Origin: Auanema rhodensis | Lineage: Eukaryota; Animalia; Nematoda | Direction: 5' to 3' | Assembly: GCA_964057225.1 (NCBI GenBank) | Contig: CAXKVF010000082.1 | Coordinates: 124,001-188,000, forward strand | Length of the DNA stretch: 64,000 nucleotides | Shown here: positions 11,741-27,075 of the stretch, one piece after another | Layout of the letters: each line of letters starts with the position of its first letter | Position numbering within the stretch: the stretch's first letter is position 1 | Program-made: the position numbers and the translations under genes | The notes under the pieces: model-generated | What the model was told of the DNA's origin: nothing | What the model saw: only the letters and a program-made list of their open reading frames with translations | Database searches by the model: none

Positions 11741-14700
11741 ACGTGAAGCGAGTTACATACCAAGTGCACATCACGTGTACATTTAATTAGCATAAATTAA
11801 AGTTCACGTAAAATTCAAAGTCATGGTTACCATGAACCAATATCAATAAAAATTTGTTTTAAGAATAATATGGACATGGGGAATCTAATTTTGAAAACCG
11901 CATCTCTTTATTTTTCACGTGAAGCGAGTTACATACCAAGTGCACATCACGTGTACATTTAATTAGCATAAATTAAAGTTCACGTAAATTTCAAAGTCAT
12001 GGTTACCATGCACCAATATCAATAAAAATTCGTTTTTAGACTAATATGGACATGGGGAATCTAATTTTGAAAACCGCATCTCTTTATCTTTCACGTGAAG
12101 CGAGTTACATACCAAGTGCACATCATGTGTACATTTAATTAGCATAAATTAAAGTTCACGTAAATTTCAAAGTCATGGTTACCATGAACCAATATCAATA
12201 AAAATTTGTTTTTAGACTAATATGGACATGGGGAATCTAATTTTGAAAACCGCATCTCTTTATCTTTCACGTGAAGCGAGTTACATACCAAGTGCACATC
12301 ACGTGTACATTTAATTAGCATAAATTAAAGTTCACGTAAATTTCAAAGTCATGGTTACCATGAACCAATATCAATAAAAATTTGTTTTAAGAATAATATG
12401 GACATGGGGAATCTAATTTTGAAAACCGCATCTCTTTATCTTTCACGTGAAGCGAGTTACATACCAAGTGCACATCACGTGTACATTTAATTAGCATAAA
12501 TTAAAGTTCACGTAAATTTCAAAGTCATGGTTACCATGAACCAATATCAATAAAAATTTGTTTTTAGACTAATATGGACATGGGGAATCTAATTTTGAAA
12601 ACCGCATCTCTTTATCTTTCACGTGAAGCGAGTTACATACCAAGTACACATCACGTGTACATTTAATTAGCATAAATTAAAGTTCACGTAAATTTCAAAG
12701 TCATGGTTACCATGAACCAATATCAATAAAAATTTGTTTTTAGACTAATATGGACATGGGGAATCTAATTTTGAAAACCGCATCTCTTTATCTTTCACGT
12801 GAAGCGAGTTACATACCAAGTGCACATCACGTGTACATTTAATTAGCATAAATTAAAGTTCACGTAAATTTCAAAGTCATGGTTACCATGAAGCAATATC
12901 AATAAAAATTTGTTTTTAGACTAATATGGACATGGGGAATCTAATTTTGAAAACCGCATCTCTTTATCTTTCACGTGAAGCGAGTTACATACCAAGTGCA
13001 CATCACGTGTACATTTAATTAGCATAAATTAAAGTTCACGTAAATTTCAAAGTCATGGTTACCATGAACCAATATCAATAAAAATTTGTTTTTAGACTAA
13101 TATGGACATGGGGAATCTAATTTTGAAAACCGCATCTCTTTATCTTTCACGTGAAGCGAGTTACATACCAAGTGCACATCACGTGTACATTTAATTAGCA
13201 TAAATTAAAGTTCACGTAAAATTCAAAGTCATGGTTACCATGCACCAATATCAATAAAAATTTGTTTTTAGACTAATATGGACATGGGGAATCTAATTTT
13301 GAAAACCGCATCTCTTTATCTTTCACGTGAAGCGAGTTACATACCAAGTGCACATCACGTGTACATTTAATTAGCATAAATTAAAGTTCACGTAAATTTC
13401 AAAGTCATGGTTACCATGAAGCAATATCAATAAAAATTTGTTTTTAGACTAATATGGACATGGGGAATCTAATTTTGAAAACCGCATCTCTTTATCTTTC
13501 ACGTGAAGCGAGTTACATACCAAGTGCACATCACGTGTACATTTAATTAGCATAAATTAAAGTTCACGTAAATTTCAAAGTCATGGTTACCATGAAGCAA
13601 TATCAATAAAAATTTGTTTTTAGACTAATATGGACAGGGGGAATCTAATTTTGAAAACCGCATCTCTTTATCTTTCACGTGAAGCGAGTTACATACCAAG
13701 TGCACATCACGTGTACATTTAATTAGCATAAATTAAAGTTCACGTAAATTTCAAAGTCATGGTTACCATGAACCAATATCAATAAAAATTTGTTTTTAGA
13801 CTAATATGGACATGGGGAATCTAATTTTGAAAACCGCATCTCTTTATCTTTCACGTGAAGCGAGTTACATACCAAGTGCACATCATGTGTACATTTAATT
13901 AGCATAAATTAAAGTTCACGTAAATTTCAAAGTCATGGTTACCATGAACCAATATCAATAAAAATTTGTTTTTAGACTAATATGGACATGGGGAATCTAA
14001 TTTTAAAAACCGCATCTCTTCATCTTTCACGTGAAGCGAAATACATACCAAGTGCACATCACGTGTACATTTAATTAGCATAAATTAAAGTTCACGTAAA
14101 ATTCAAAGTCATGGTTACCATGCACCAATATCAATAAAAATTCGTTTTTAGACTAATATGGACATGGGGAATCTAATTTTGAAAACCGCATCTCTTTATT
14201 TTTCACGTGAAGCGAGTTACATACCAAGTGCACATCACGTGTACATTTAATTAGCATAAATTAAAGTTCACGTAAAATTCAAAGTCATGGTTACCATGAA
14301 CCAATATCAATAAAAATTTGTTTTAAGAATAATATGGACATGGGGAATCTAATTTTGAAAACCGCATCTCTTTATTTTTCACGTGAAGCGAGTTACATAC
14401 CAAGTGCACATCACGTGTACATTTAATTAGCATAAATTAAAGTTCACGTAAATTTCAAAGTCATGGTTACCATGCACCAATATCAATAAAAATTCGTTTT
14501 TAGACTAATATGGACATGGGGAATCTAATTTTGAAAACCGCATCTCTTTATCTTTCACGTGAAGCGAGTTACATACCAAGTGCACATCATGTGTACATTT
14601 AATTAGCATAAATTAAAGTTCACGTAAATTTCAAAGTCATGGTTACCATGAACCAATATCAATAAAAATTTGTTTTTAGACTAATATGGACATGGGGAAT

Positions 14701-16140
14701 CTAATTTTGAAAACCGCATCTCTTTATCTTTCACGTGAAGCGAGTTACATACCAAGTGCACATCACGTGTACATTTAATTAGCATAAATTAAAGTTCACG
14801 TAAATTTCAAAGTCATGGTTACCATGAACCAATATCAATAAAAATTTGTTTTAAGAATAATATGGACATGGGGAATCTAATTTTGAAAACCGCATCTCTT
14901 CATCTTTCACGTGAAGCGAGTTACATACCAAGTGCACATCACGTGTACATTTAATTAGCATAAATTAAAGTTCACGTAAAATTCAAAGTCATGGTTACCA
15001 TGCACCAATATCAATAAAAATTCGTTTTTAGACTAATATGGACATGGGGAATCTAATTTTGAAAACCGCATCTCTTTATCTTTCACGTGAAGCGAGTTAC
15101 ATACCAAGTGCACATCATGTGTACATTTAATTAGCATAAATTAAAGTTCACGTAAATTTCAAAGTCATGGTTACCATGAACCAATATCAATAAAAATTTG
15201 TTTTTAGACTAATATGGACATGGGGAATCTAATTTTAAAAACCGCATCTCTTCATCTTTCACGTGAAGCGAGTTACATACCAAGTGCACATCACGTGTAC
15301 ATTTAATTAGCATAAATTAAAGTTCACGTAAAATTCAAAGTCATGGTTACCATGCACCAATATCAATAAAAATTCGTTTTTAGACTAATATGGACATGGG
15401 GAATCTAATTTTGAAAACCGCATCTCTTTATCTTTCACGTGAAGCGAGTTACATACCAAGTGCACATCACGTGTACATTTAATTAGCATAAATTAAAGTT
15501 CACGTAAATTTCAAAGTCATGGTTACCATGAACCAATATCAATAAAAATTTGTTTTTAGACTAATATGGACATGGGGAATCTAATTTTGAAAACCGCATC
15601 TCTTTATTTTTCACGTGAAGCGAGTTACATACCAAGTGCACATCACGTGTACATTTAATTAGCATAAATTAAAGTTCACGTAAATTTCAAAGTCATGGTT
15701 ACCATGAAGCAATATCAATAAAAATTTGTTTTTAGACTAATATGGACATGGGGAATCTAATTTTGAAAACCGCATCTCTTTATCTTTCACGTGAAGCGAG
15801 TTACATACCAAGTGCACATCACGTGTACATTTAATTAGCATAAATTAAAGTTCACGTAAATTTCAAAGTCATGGTTACCATGCACCAATATCAATAAAAA
15901 TTTGTTTTTAGACTAATATGGACATGGGGAATCTAATTTTGAAAACCGCATCTCTTTATCTTTCACGTGAAGCGAGTTACATACCAAGTGCACATCACGT
16001 GTACATTTAATTAGCATAAATTAAAGTTCACGTAAATTTCAAAGTCATGGTTACCATGCACCAATATCAATAAAAATTTGTTTTTAGACTAATATGGACA
16101 TGGGGAATCTAATTTTGAAAACCGCATCTCTTTATCTCTC

Positions 16141-16339
16141 ACGTGAAGCGAGTTACATACCAAGTGCACATCACGTGTACATTTAATTAGCATAAATTAA
16201 AGTTCACGTAAATTTCAAAGTCAAGTTCACGTAAATTTCAAAGTCATGGTTACCATGAAGCAATATCAATAAAAATTTGTTTTTAGACTAATATGGACAT
16301 GGGGAATCTAATTTTGAAAACCGCATCTCTTTATCTTTC
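16141..16339. repeat. Expanded 199-bp monomer with a 23-bp internal tandem duplication
   Basis: AGTTCACGTAAATTTCAAAGTCA occurs twice, at 16201-16223 and 16224-16246. The next monomer starts at 16340. Confidence 0.96.
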
Positions 16340-17571
16340 ACGTGAAGCGAGTTACATACCAAGTGCACATCACGTGTACATTTAATTAGCATAAATTAAA
16401 GTTCACGTAAATTTCAAAGTCATGGTTACCATGAACCAATATCAATAAAAATTTGTTTTTAGACTAATATGGACATGGGGAATCTAATTTTGAAAACCGC
16501 ATCTCTTTATCTTTCACGTGAAGCGAGTTACATACCAAGTGCACATCACGTGTACATTTAATTAGCATAAATTAAAGTTCACGTAAATTTCAAAGTCATG
16601 GTTACCATGAACCAATATCAATAAAAATTTGTTTTTAGACTAATATGGACATGGGGAATCTAATTTTGAAAACCGCATCTCTTTATCTTTCACGTGAAGC
16701 GAGTTACATACCAAGTGCACATCACGTGTACATTTAATTAGCATAAATTAAAGTTCACGTAAATTTCAAAGTCATGGTTACCATGAAGCAATATCAATAA
16801 AAATTTGTTTTTAGACTAATATGGACATGGGGAATCTAATTTTGAAAACCGCATCTCTTTATCTTTCACGTGAAGCGAGTTACATACCAAGTGCACATCA
16901 CGTGTACATTTAATTAGCATAAATTAAAGTTCACGTAAATTTCAAAGTCATGGTTACCATGAACCAATATCAATAAAAATTTGTTTTTAGACTAATATGG
17001 ACATGGGGAATCTAATTTTGAAAACCGCATCTCTTTATCTTTCACGTGAAGCGAGTTACATACCAAGTGCACATCACGTGTACATTTAATTAGCATAAAT
17101 TAAAGTTCACGTAAAATCCAAAGTCATGGTTACCATGCACCAATATCAATAAAAATTTGTTTTTAGACTAATATGGACATGGGGAATCTAATTTTGAAAA
17201 CCGCATCTCTTTATCTTTCACGTGAAGCGAGTTACATACCAAGTGCACATCACGTGTACATTTAATTAGCATAAATTAAAGTTCACGTAAATTTCAAAGT
17301 CATGGTTACCATGAAGCAATATCAATAAAAATTTGTTTTTAGACTAATATGGACATGGGGAATCTAATTTTGAAAACCGCATCTCTTTATCTTTCACGTG
17401 AAGCGAGTTACATACCAAGTGCACATCACGTGTACATTTAATTAGCATAAATTAAAGTTCACGTAAATTTCAAAGTCATGGTTACCATGAAGCAATATCA
17501 ATAAAAATTTGTTTTTAGACTAATATGGACAGGGGGAATCTAATTTTGAAAACCGCATCTCTTTATCTTTC

Positions 17572-20500
17572 ACGTGAAGCGAGTTACATACCAAGTGCAC
17601 ATCACGTGTACATTTAATTAGCATAAATTAAAGTTCACGTAAATTTCAAAGTCATGGTTACCATGAACCAATATCAATAAAAATTTGTTTTTAGACTAAT
17701 ATGGACATGGGGAATCTAATTTTGAAAACCGCATCTCTTTATCTTTCACGTGAAGCGAGTTACATACCAAGTGCACATCACGTGTACATTTAATTAGCAT
17801 AAATTAAAGTTCACGTAAAATTCAAAGTCATGGTTACCATGCACCAATATCAATAAAAATTTGTTTTTAGACTAATATGGACATGGGGAATCTAATTTTG
17901 AAAACCGCATCTCTTTATCTTTCACGTGAAGCGAGTTACATACCAAGTGCACATCACGTGTACATTTAATTAGCATAAATTAAAGTTCACGTAAATTTCA
18001 AAGTCATGGTTACCATGAACCAATATCAATAAAAATTTGTTTTTAGACTAATATGGACATGGGGAATCTAATTTTGAAAACCGCATCTCTTCATCTTTCA
18101 CGTGAAGCGAGTTACATACCAAGTGCACATCACGTGTACATTTAATTAGCATAAATTAAAGTTCACGTAAAATTCAAAGTCATGGTTACCATGCACCAAT
18201 ATCAATAAAAATTCGTTTTTAGACTAATATGGACATGGGGAATCTAATTTTGAAAACCGCATCTCTTTATCTTTCACGTGAAGCGAGTTACATACCAAGT
18301 GCACATCATGTGTACATTTAATTAGCATAAATTAAAGTTCACGTAAATTTCAAAGTCATGGTTACCATGAAGCAATATCAATAAAAATTTGTTTTTAGAC
18401 TAATATGGACATGGGGAATCTAATTTTGAAAACCGCATCTCTTTATCTTTCACGTGAAGCGAGTTACATACCAAGTGCACATCACGTGTACATTTAATTA
18501 GCATAAATTAAAGTTCACGTAAATTTCAAAGTCATGGTTACCATGAACCAATATCAATAAAAATTTGTTTTTAGACTAATATGGACATGGGGAATCTAAT
18601 TTTGAAAACCGCATCTCTTTATCTTTCACGTGAAGCGAGTTACATACCAAGTGCACATCACGTGTACATTTAATTAGCATAAATTAAAGTTCACGTAAAA
18701 TTCAAAGTCATGGTTACCATGCACCAATATCAATAAAAATTTGTTTTTAGACTAATATGGACATGGGGAATCTAATTTTGAAAACCGCATCTCTTTATCT
18801 TTCACGTGAAGCGAGTTACATACCAAGTGCACATCACGTGTACATTTAATTAGCATAAATTAAAGTTCACGTAAATTTCAAAGTCATGGTTACCATGAAC
18901 CAATATCAATAAAAATTTGTTTTTAGACTAATATGGACATGGGGAATCTAATTTTGAAAACCGCATCTCTTCATCTTTCACGTGAAGCGAGTTACATACC
19001 AAGTGCACATCACGTGTACATTTAATTAGCATAAATTAAAGTTCACGTAAAATTCAAAGTCATGGTTACCATGCACCAATATCAATAAAAATTCGTTTTT
19101 AGACTAATATGGACATGGGGAATCTAATTTTGAAAACCGCATCTCTTTATCTTTCACGTGAAGCGAGTTACATACCAAGTGCACATCATGTGTACATTTA
19201 ATTAGCATAAATTAAAGTTCACGTAAATTTCAAAGTCATGGTTACCATGAACCAATATCAATAAAAATTTGTTTTTAGACTAATATGGACATGGGGAATC
19301 TAATTTTGAAAACCGCATCTCTTTATCTCTCACGTGAAGCGAGTTACATACCAAGTGCACATCACGTGTACATTTAATTAGCATAAATTAAAGTTCACGT
19401 AAATTTCAAAGTCATGGTTACCATGAAGCAATATCAATAAAAATTTGTTTTTAGACTAATATGGACATGGGGAATCTAATTTTGAAAACCGCATCTCTTT
19501 ATCTTTCACGTGAAGCGAGTTACATACCAAGTGCACATCACGTGTACATTTAATTAGCATAAATTAAAGTTCACGTAAAATTCAAAGTCATGGTTACCAT
19601 GCACCAATATCAATAAAAATTTGTTTTTAGACTAATATGGACATGGGGAATCTAATTTTGAAAACCGCATCTCTTTATCTTTCACGTGAAGCGAGTTACA
19701 TACCAAGTGCACATCACGTGTACATTTAATTAGCATAAATTAAAGTTCACGTAAATTTCAAAGTCATGGTTACCATGAACCAATATCAATAAAAATTTGT
19801 TTTTAGACTAATATGGACATGGGGAATCTAATTTTGAAAACCGCATCTCTTCATCTTTCACGTGAAGCGAGTTACATACCAAGTGCACATCACGTGTACA
19901 TTTAATTAGCATAAATTAAAGTTCACGTAAAATTCAAAGTCATGGTTACCATGCACCAATATCAATAAAAATTCGTTTTTAGACTAATATGGACATGGGG
20001 AATCTAATTTTGAAAACCGCATCTCTTTATCTTTCACGTGAAGCGAGTTACATACCAAGTGCACATCATGTGTACATTTAATTAGCATAAATTAAAGTTC
20101 ACGTAAATTTCAAAGTCATGGTTACCATGAAGCAATATCAATAAAAATTTGTTTTTAGACTAATATGGACATGGGGAATCTAATTTTGAAAACCGCATCT
20201 CTTTATCTTTCACGTGAAGCGAGTTACATACCAAGTGCACATCACGTGTACATTTAATTAGCATAAATTAAAGTTCACGTAAATTTCAAAGTCATGGTTA
20301 CCATGAACCAATATCAATAAAAATTTGTTTTTAGACTAATATGGACATGGGGAATCTAATTTTGAAAACCGCATCTCTTTATCTTTCACGTGAAGCGAGT
20401 TACATACCAAGTGCACATCACGTGTACATTTAATTAGCATAAATTAAAGTTCACGTAAAATTCAAAGTCATGGTTACCATGCACCAATATCAATAAAAAT

Positions 20501-23500
20501 TTGTTTTTAGACTAATATGGACATGGGGAATCTAATTTTGAAAACCGCATCTCTTTATCTTTCACGTGAAGCGAGTTACATACCAAGTGCACATCACGTG
20601 TACATTTAATTAGCATAAATTAAAGTTCACGTAAAATTCAAAGTCATGGTTACCATGCACCAATATCAATAAAAATTTGTTTTTAGACTAATATGGACAT
20701 GGGAAATCTAATTTTGAAAACCGCATCTCTTTATCTTTCACGTGAAGCGAGTTACATACCAAGTGCACATCACGTGTACATTTAATTAGCATAAATTAAA
20801 GTTCACGTAAATTTCAAAGTCATGGTTACCATGAACCAATATCAATAAAAATTTGTTTTTAGACTAATATGGACATGGGGAATCTAATTTTGAAAACCGC
20901 ATCTCTTCATCTTTCACGTGAAGCGAGTTACATACCAAGTGCACATCACGTGTACATTTAATTAGCATAAATTAAAGTTCACGTAAAATTCAAAGTCATG
21001 GTTACCATGCACCAATATCAATAAAAATTCGTTTTTAGACTAATATGGACATGGGGAATCTAATTTTGAAAACCGCATCTCTTTATCTTTCACGTGAAGC
21101 GAGTTACATACCAAGTGCACATCATGTGTACATTTAATTAGCATAAATTAAAGTTCACGTAAATTTCAAAGTCATGGTTACCATGAACCAATATCAATAA
21201 AAATTTGTTTTTAGACTAATATGGACATGGGGAATCTAATTTTGAAAACCGCATCTCTTTATCTCTCACGTGAAGCGAGTTACATACCAAGTGCACATCA
21301 CGTGTACATTTAATTAGCATAAATTAAAGTTCACGTAAATTTCAAAGTCATGGTTACCATGAAGCAATATCAATAAAAATTTGTTTTTAGACTAATATGG
21401 ACATGGGGAATCTAATTTTGAAAACCGCATCTCTTTATCTTTCACGTGAAGCGAGTTACATACCAAGTGCACATCACGTGTACATTTAATTAGCATAAAT
21501 TAAAGTTCACGTAAATTTCAAAGTCATGGTTACCATGAACCAATATCAATAAAAATTTGTTTTTAGACTAATATGGACATGGGGAATCTAATTTTGAAAA
21601 CCGCATCTCTTTATCTTTCACGTGAAGCGAGTTACATACCAAGTGCACATCACGTGTACATTTAATTAGCATAAATTAAAGTTCACGTAAAATTCAAAGT
21701 CATGGTTACCATGCACCAATATCAATAAAAATTTGTTTTTAGACTAATATGGACATGGGGAATCTAATTTTGAAAACCGCATCTCTTTATCTTTCACGTG
21801 AAGCGAGTTACATACCAAGTGCACATCACGTGTACATTTAATTAGCATAAATTAAAGTTCACGTAAATTTCAAAGTCATGGTTACCATGAACCAATATCA
21901 ATAAAAATTTGTTTTTAGACTAATATGGACATGGGGAATCTAATTTTGAAAACCGCATCTCTTCATCTTTCACGTGAAGCGAGTTACATACCAAGTGCAC
22001 ATCACGTGTACATTTAATTAGCATAAATTAAAGTTCACGTAAAATTCAAAGTCATGGTTACCATGCACCAATATCAATAAAAATTCGTTTTTAGACTAAT
22101 ATGGACATGGGGAATCTAATTTTGAAAACCGCATCTCTTTATCTTTCACGTGAAGCGAGTTACATACCAAGTGCACATCATGTGTACATTTAATTAGCAT
22201 AAATTAAAGTTCACGTAAATTTCAAAGTCATGGTTACCATGAAGCAATATCAATAAAAATTTGTTTTTAGACTAATATGGACATGGGGAATCTAATTTTG
22301 AAAACCGCATCTCTTTATCTTTCACGTGAAGCGAGTTACATACCAAGTGCACATCACGTGTACATTTAATTAGCATAAATTAAAGTTCACGTAAATTTCA
22401 AAGTCATGGTTACCATGAACCAATATCAATAAAAATTTGTTTTTAGACTAATATGGACATGGGGAATCTAATTTTGAAAACCGCATCTCTTTATCTTTCA
22501 CGTGAAGCGAGTTACATACCAAGTGCACATCACGTGTACATTTAATTAGCATAAATTAAAGTTCACGTAAAATTCAAAGTCATGGTTACCATGCACCAAT
22601 ATCAATAAAAATTTGTTTTTAGACTAATATGGACATGGGGAATCTAATTTTGAAAACCGCATCTCTTTATCTTTCACGTGAAGCGAGTTACATACCAAGT
22701 GCACATCACGTGTACATTTAATTAGCATAAATTAAAGTTCACGTAAATTTCAAAGTCATGGTTACCATGAACCAATATCAATAAAAATTTGTTTTTAGAC
22801 TAATATGGACATGGGGAATCTAATTTTGAAAACCGCATCTCTTCATCTTTCACGTGAAGCGAGTTACATACCAAGTGCACATCACGTGTACATTTAATTA
22901 GCATAAATTAAAGTTCACGTAAAATTCAAAGTCATGGTTACCATGCACCAATATCAATAAAAATTCGTTTTTAGACTAATATGGACATGGGGAATCTAAT
23001 TTTGAAAACCGCATCTCTTTATCTTTCACGTGAAGCGAGTTACATACCAAGTGCACATCATGTGTACATTTAATTAGCATAAATTAAAGTTCACGTAAAT
23101 TTCAAAGTCATGGTTACCATGAACCAATATCAATAAAAATTTGTTTTTAGACTAATATGGACATGGGGAATCTAATTTTGAAAACCGCATCTCTTTATCT
23201 CTCACGTGAAGCGAGTTACATACCAAGTGCACATCACGTGTACATTTAATTAGCATAAATTAAAGTTCACGTAAATTTCAAAGTCATGGTTACCATGAAG
23301 CAATATCAATAAAAATTTGTTTTTAGACTAATATGGACATGGGGAATCTAATTTTGAAAACCGCATCTCTTTATCTTTCACGTGAAGCGAGTTACATACC
23401 AAGTGCACATCACGTGTACATTTAATTAGCATAAATTAAAGTTCACGTAAATTTCAAAGTCATGGTTACCATGAAGCAATATCAATAAAAATTTGTTTTT

Positions 23501-26500
23501 AGACTAATATGGACAGGGGGAATCTAATTTTGAAAACCGCATCTCTTTATCTTTCACGTGAAGCGAGTTACATACCAAGTGCACATCACGTGTACATTTA
23601 ATTAGCATAAATTAAAGTTCACGTAAATTTCAAAGTCATGGTTACCATGAACCAATATCAATAAAAATTTGTTTTTAGACTAATATGGACATGGGGAATC
23701 TAATTTTGAAAACCGCATCTCTTTATCTTTCACGTGAAGCGAGTTACATACCAAGTGCACATCACGTGTACATTTAATTAGCATAAATTAAAGTTCACGT
23801 AAAATTCAAAGTCATGGTTACCATGCACCAATATCAATAAAAATTTGTTTTTAGACTAATATGGACATGGGGAATCTAATTTTGAAAACCGCATCTCTTT
23901 ATCTTTCACGTGAAGCGAGTTACATACCAAGTGCACATCACGTGTACATTTAATTAGCATAAATTAAAGTTCACGTAAATTTCAAAGTCATGGTTACCAT
24001 GAACCAATATCAATAAAAATTTGTTTTTAGACTAATATGGACATGGGGAATCTAATTTTGAAAACCGCATCTCTTCATCTTTCACGTGAAGCGAGTTACA
24101 TACCAAGTGCACATCACGTGTACATTTAATTAGCATAAATTAAAGTTCACGTAAAATTCAAAGTCATGGTTACCATGCACCAATATCAATAAAAATTCGT
24201 TTTTAGACTAATATGGACATGGGGAATCTAATTTTGAAAACCGCATCTCTTTATCTTTCACGTGAAGCGAGTTACATACCAAGTGCACATCATGTGTACA
24301 TTTAATTAGCATAAATTAAAGTTCACGTAAATTTCAAAGTCATGGTTACCATGAAGCAATATCAATAAAAATTTGTTTTTAGACTAATATGGACATGGGG
24401 AATCTAATTTTGAAAACCGCATCTCTTTATCTTTCACGTGAAGCGAGTTACATACCAAGTGCACATCACGTGTACATTTAATTAGCATAAATTAAAGTTC
24501 ACGTAAATTTCAAAGTCATGGTTACCATGAACCAATATCAATAAAAATTTGTTTTTAGACTAATATGGACATGGGGAATCTAATTTTGAAAACCGCATCT
24601 CTTTATCTTTCACGTGAAGCGAGTTACATACCAAGTGCACATCACGTGTACATTTAATTAGCATAAATTAAAGTTCACGTAAAATTCAAAGTCATGGTTA
24701 CCATGCACCAATATCAATAAAAATTTGTTTTTAGACTAATATGGACATGGGGAATCTAATTTTGAAAACCGCATCTCTTTATCTTTCACGTGAAGCGAGT
24801 TACATACCAAGTGCACATCACGTGTACATTTAATTAGCATAAATTAAAGTTCACGTAAATTTCAAAGTCATGGTTACCATGAACCAATATCAATAAAAAT
24901 TTGTTTTTAGACTAATATGGACATGGGGAATCTAATTTTGAAAACCGCATCTCTTCATCTTTCACGTGAAGCGAGTTACATACCAAGTGCACATCACGTG
25001 TACATTTAATTAGCATAAATTAAAGTTCACGTAAAATTCAAAGTCATGGTTACCATGCACCAATATCAATAAAAATTCGTTTTTAGACTAATATGGACAT
25101 GGGGAATCTAATTTTGAAAACCGCATCTCTTTATCTTTCACGTGAAGCGAGTTACATACCAAGTGCACATCATGTGTACATTTAATTAGCATAAATTAAA
25201 GTTCACGTAAATTTCAAAGTCATGGTTACCATGAAGCAATATCAATAAAAATTTGTTTTTAGACTAATATGGACATGGGGAATCTAATTTTGAAAACCGC
25301 ATCTCTTTATCTTTCACGTGAAGCGAGTTACATACCAAGTGCACATCACGTGTACATTTAATTAGCATAAATTAAAGTTCACGTAAATTTCAAAGTCATG
25401 GTTACCATGAACCAATATCAATAAAAATTTGTTTTTAGACTAATATGGACATGGGGAATCTAATTTTGAAAACCGCATCTCTTTATCTTTCACGTGAAGC
25501 GAGTTACATACCAAGTGCACATCACGTGTACATTTAATTAGCATAAATTAAAGTTCACGTAAAATTCAAAGTCATGGTTACCATGCACCAATATCAATAA
25601 AAATTTGTTTTTAGACTAATATGGACATGGGGAATCTAATTTTGAAAACCGCATCTCTTTATCTTTCACGTGAAGCGAGTTACATACCAAGTGCACATCA
25701 CGTGTACATTTAATTAGCATAAATTAAAGTTCACGTAAATTTCAAAGTCATGGTTACCATGAAGCAATATCAATAAAAATTTGTTTTTAGACTAATATGG
25801 ACATGGGGAATCTAATTTTGAAAACCGCATCTCTTTATCTTTCACGTGAAGCGAGTTACATACCAAGTGCACATCACGTGTACATTTAATTAGCATAAAT
25901 TAAAGTTCACGTAAATTTCAAAGTCATGGTTACCATGAAGCAATATCAATAAAAATTTGTTTTTAGACTAATATGGACAGGGGGAATCTAATTTTGAAAA
26001 CCGCATCTCTTTATCTTTCACGTGAAGCGAGTTACATACCAAGTGCACATCACGTGTACATTTAATTAGCATAAATTAAAGTTCACGTAAATTTCAAAGT
26101 CATGGTTACCATGAACCAATATCAATAAAAATTTGTTTTTAGACTAATATGGACATGGGGAATCTAATTTTGAAAACCGCATCTCTTTATCTTTCACGTG
26201 AAGCGAGTTACATACCAAGTGCACATCACGTGTACATTTAATTAGCATAAATTAAAGTTCACGTAAAATTCAAAGTCATGGTTACCATGCACCAATATCA
26301 ATAAAAATTTGTTTTTAGACTAATATGGACATGGGGAATCTAATTTTGAAAACCGCATCTCTTTATCTTTCACGTGAAGCGAGTTACATACCAAGTGCAC
26401 ATCACGTGTACATTTAATTAGCATAAATTAAAGTTCACGTAAATTTCAAAGTCATGGTTACCATGAACCAATATCAATAAAAATTTGTTTTTAGACTAAT

Positions 26501-27075
26501 ATGGACATGGGGAATCTAATTTTGAAAACCGCATCTCTTCATCTTTCACGTGAAGCGAGTTACATACCAAGTGCACATCACGTGTACATTTAATTAGCAT
26601 AAATTAAAGTTCACGTAAAATTCAAAGTCATGGTTACCATGCACCAATATCAATAAAAATTCGTTTTTAGACTAATATGGACATGGGGAAACTAATTTTG
26701 AAAACCGCATCTCTTTATCTTTCACGTGAAGCGAGTTACATACCAAGTGCACATCATGTGTACATTTAATTAGCATAAATTAAAGTTCACGTAAATTTCA
26801 AAGTCATGGTTACCATGAACCAATATCAATAAAAATTTGTTTTTAGACTAATATGAACATGGGGAATCTAATTTTGAAAACCGCATCTCTTCATCTTTCA
26901 CGTGAAGCGAGTTACATACCAAGTGCACATCACGTGTACATTTAATTAGCATAAATTAAAGTTCACGTAAAATTCAAAGTCATGGTTACCATGCACCAAT
27001 ATCAATAAAAATTCGTTTTTAGACTAATATGGACATGGGGAATCTAATTTTGAAAACCGCATCTCTTTATCTTTC
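17572..27075. repeat. Irregular 5/6-monomer higher-order repeat domain, locally an 11-mer
   Basis: The T115C marker (ttcg) lies at 18214, 19094, 19974, 21030, 22086, 22966, 24198, 25078, 26662 and 27014, giving spacings of 5,5,6,6,5,7,5,9,2 monomers. The T174C marker lies at 19329, 21265 and 23201 (1936 bp = 11 monomers). Confidence 0.88.

Noticed and set aside
18206-18221. UUCG-tetraloop hairpin created by T115C (TAAAAA-TTCG-TTTTTA)
   Set aside because: The stem is all A-T and lacks the C-G closing pair that stabilises UUCG loops. There is no evidence of transcription, so it is likely coincidental.
18212-18228. CENP-B box in T115C (TTCG) monomers
   Set aside because: TTCG is followed by TTTTTAGACTAA and lacks the A..CGGG part of NTTCGNNNNANNCGGGN.
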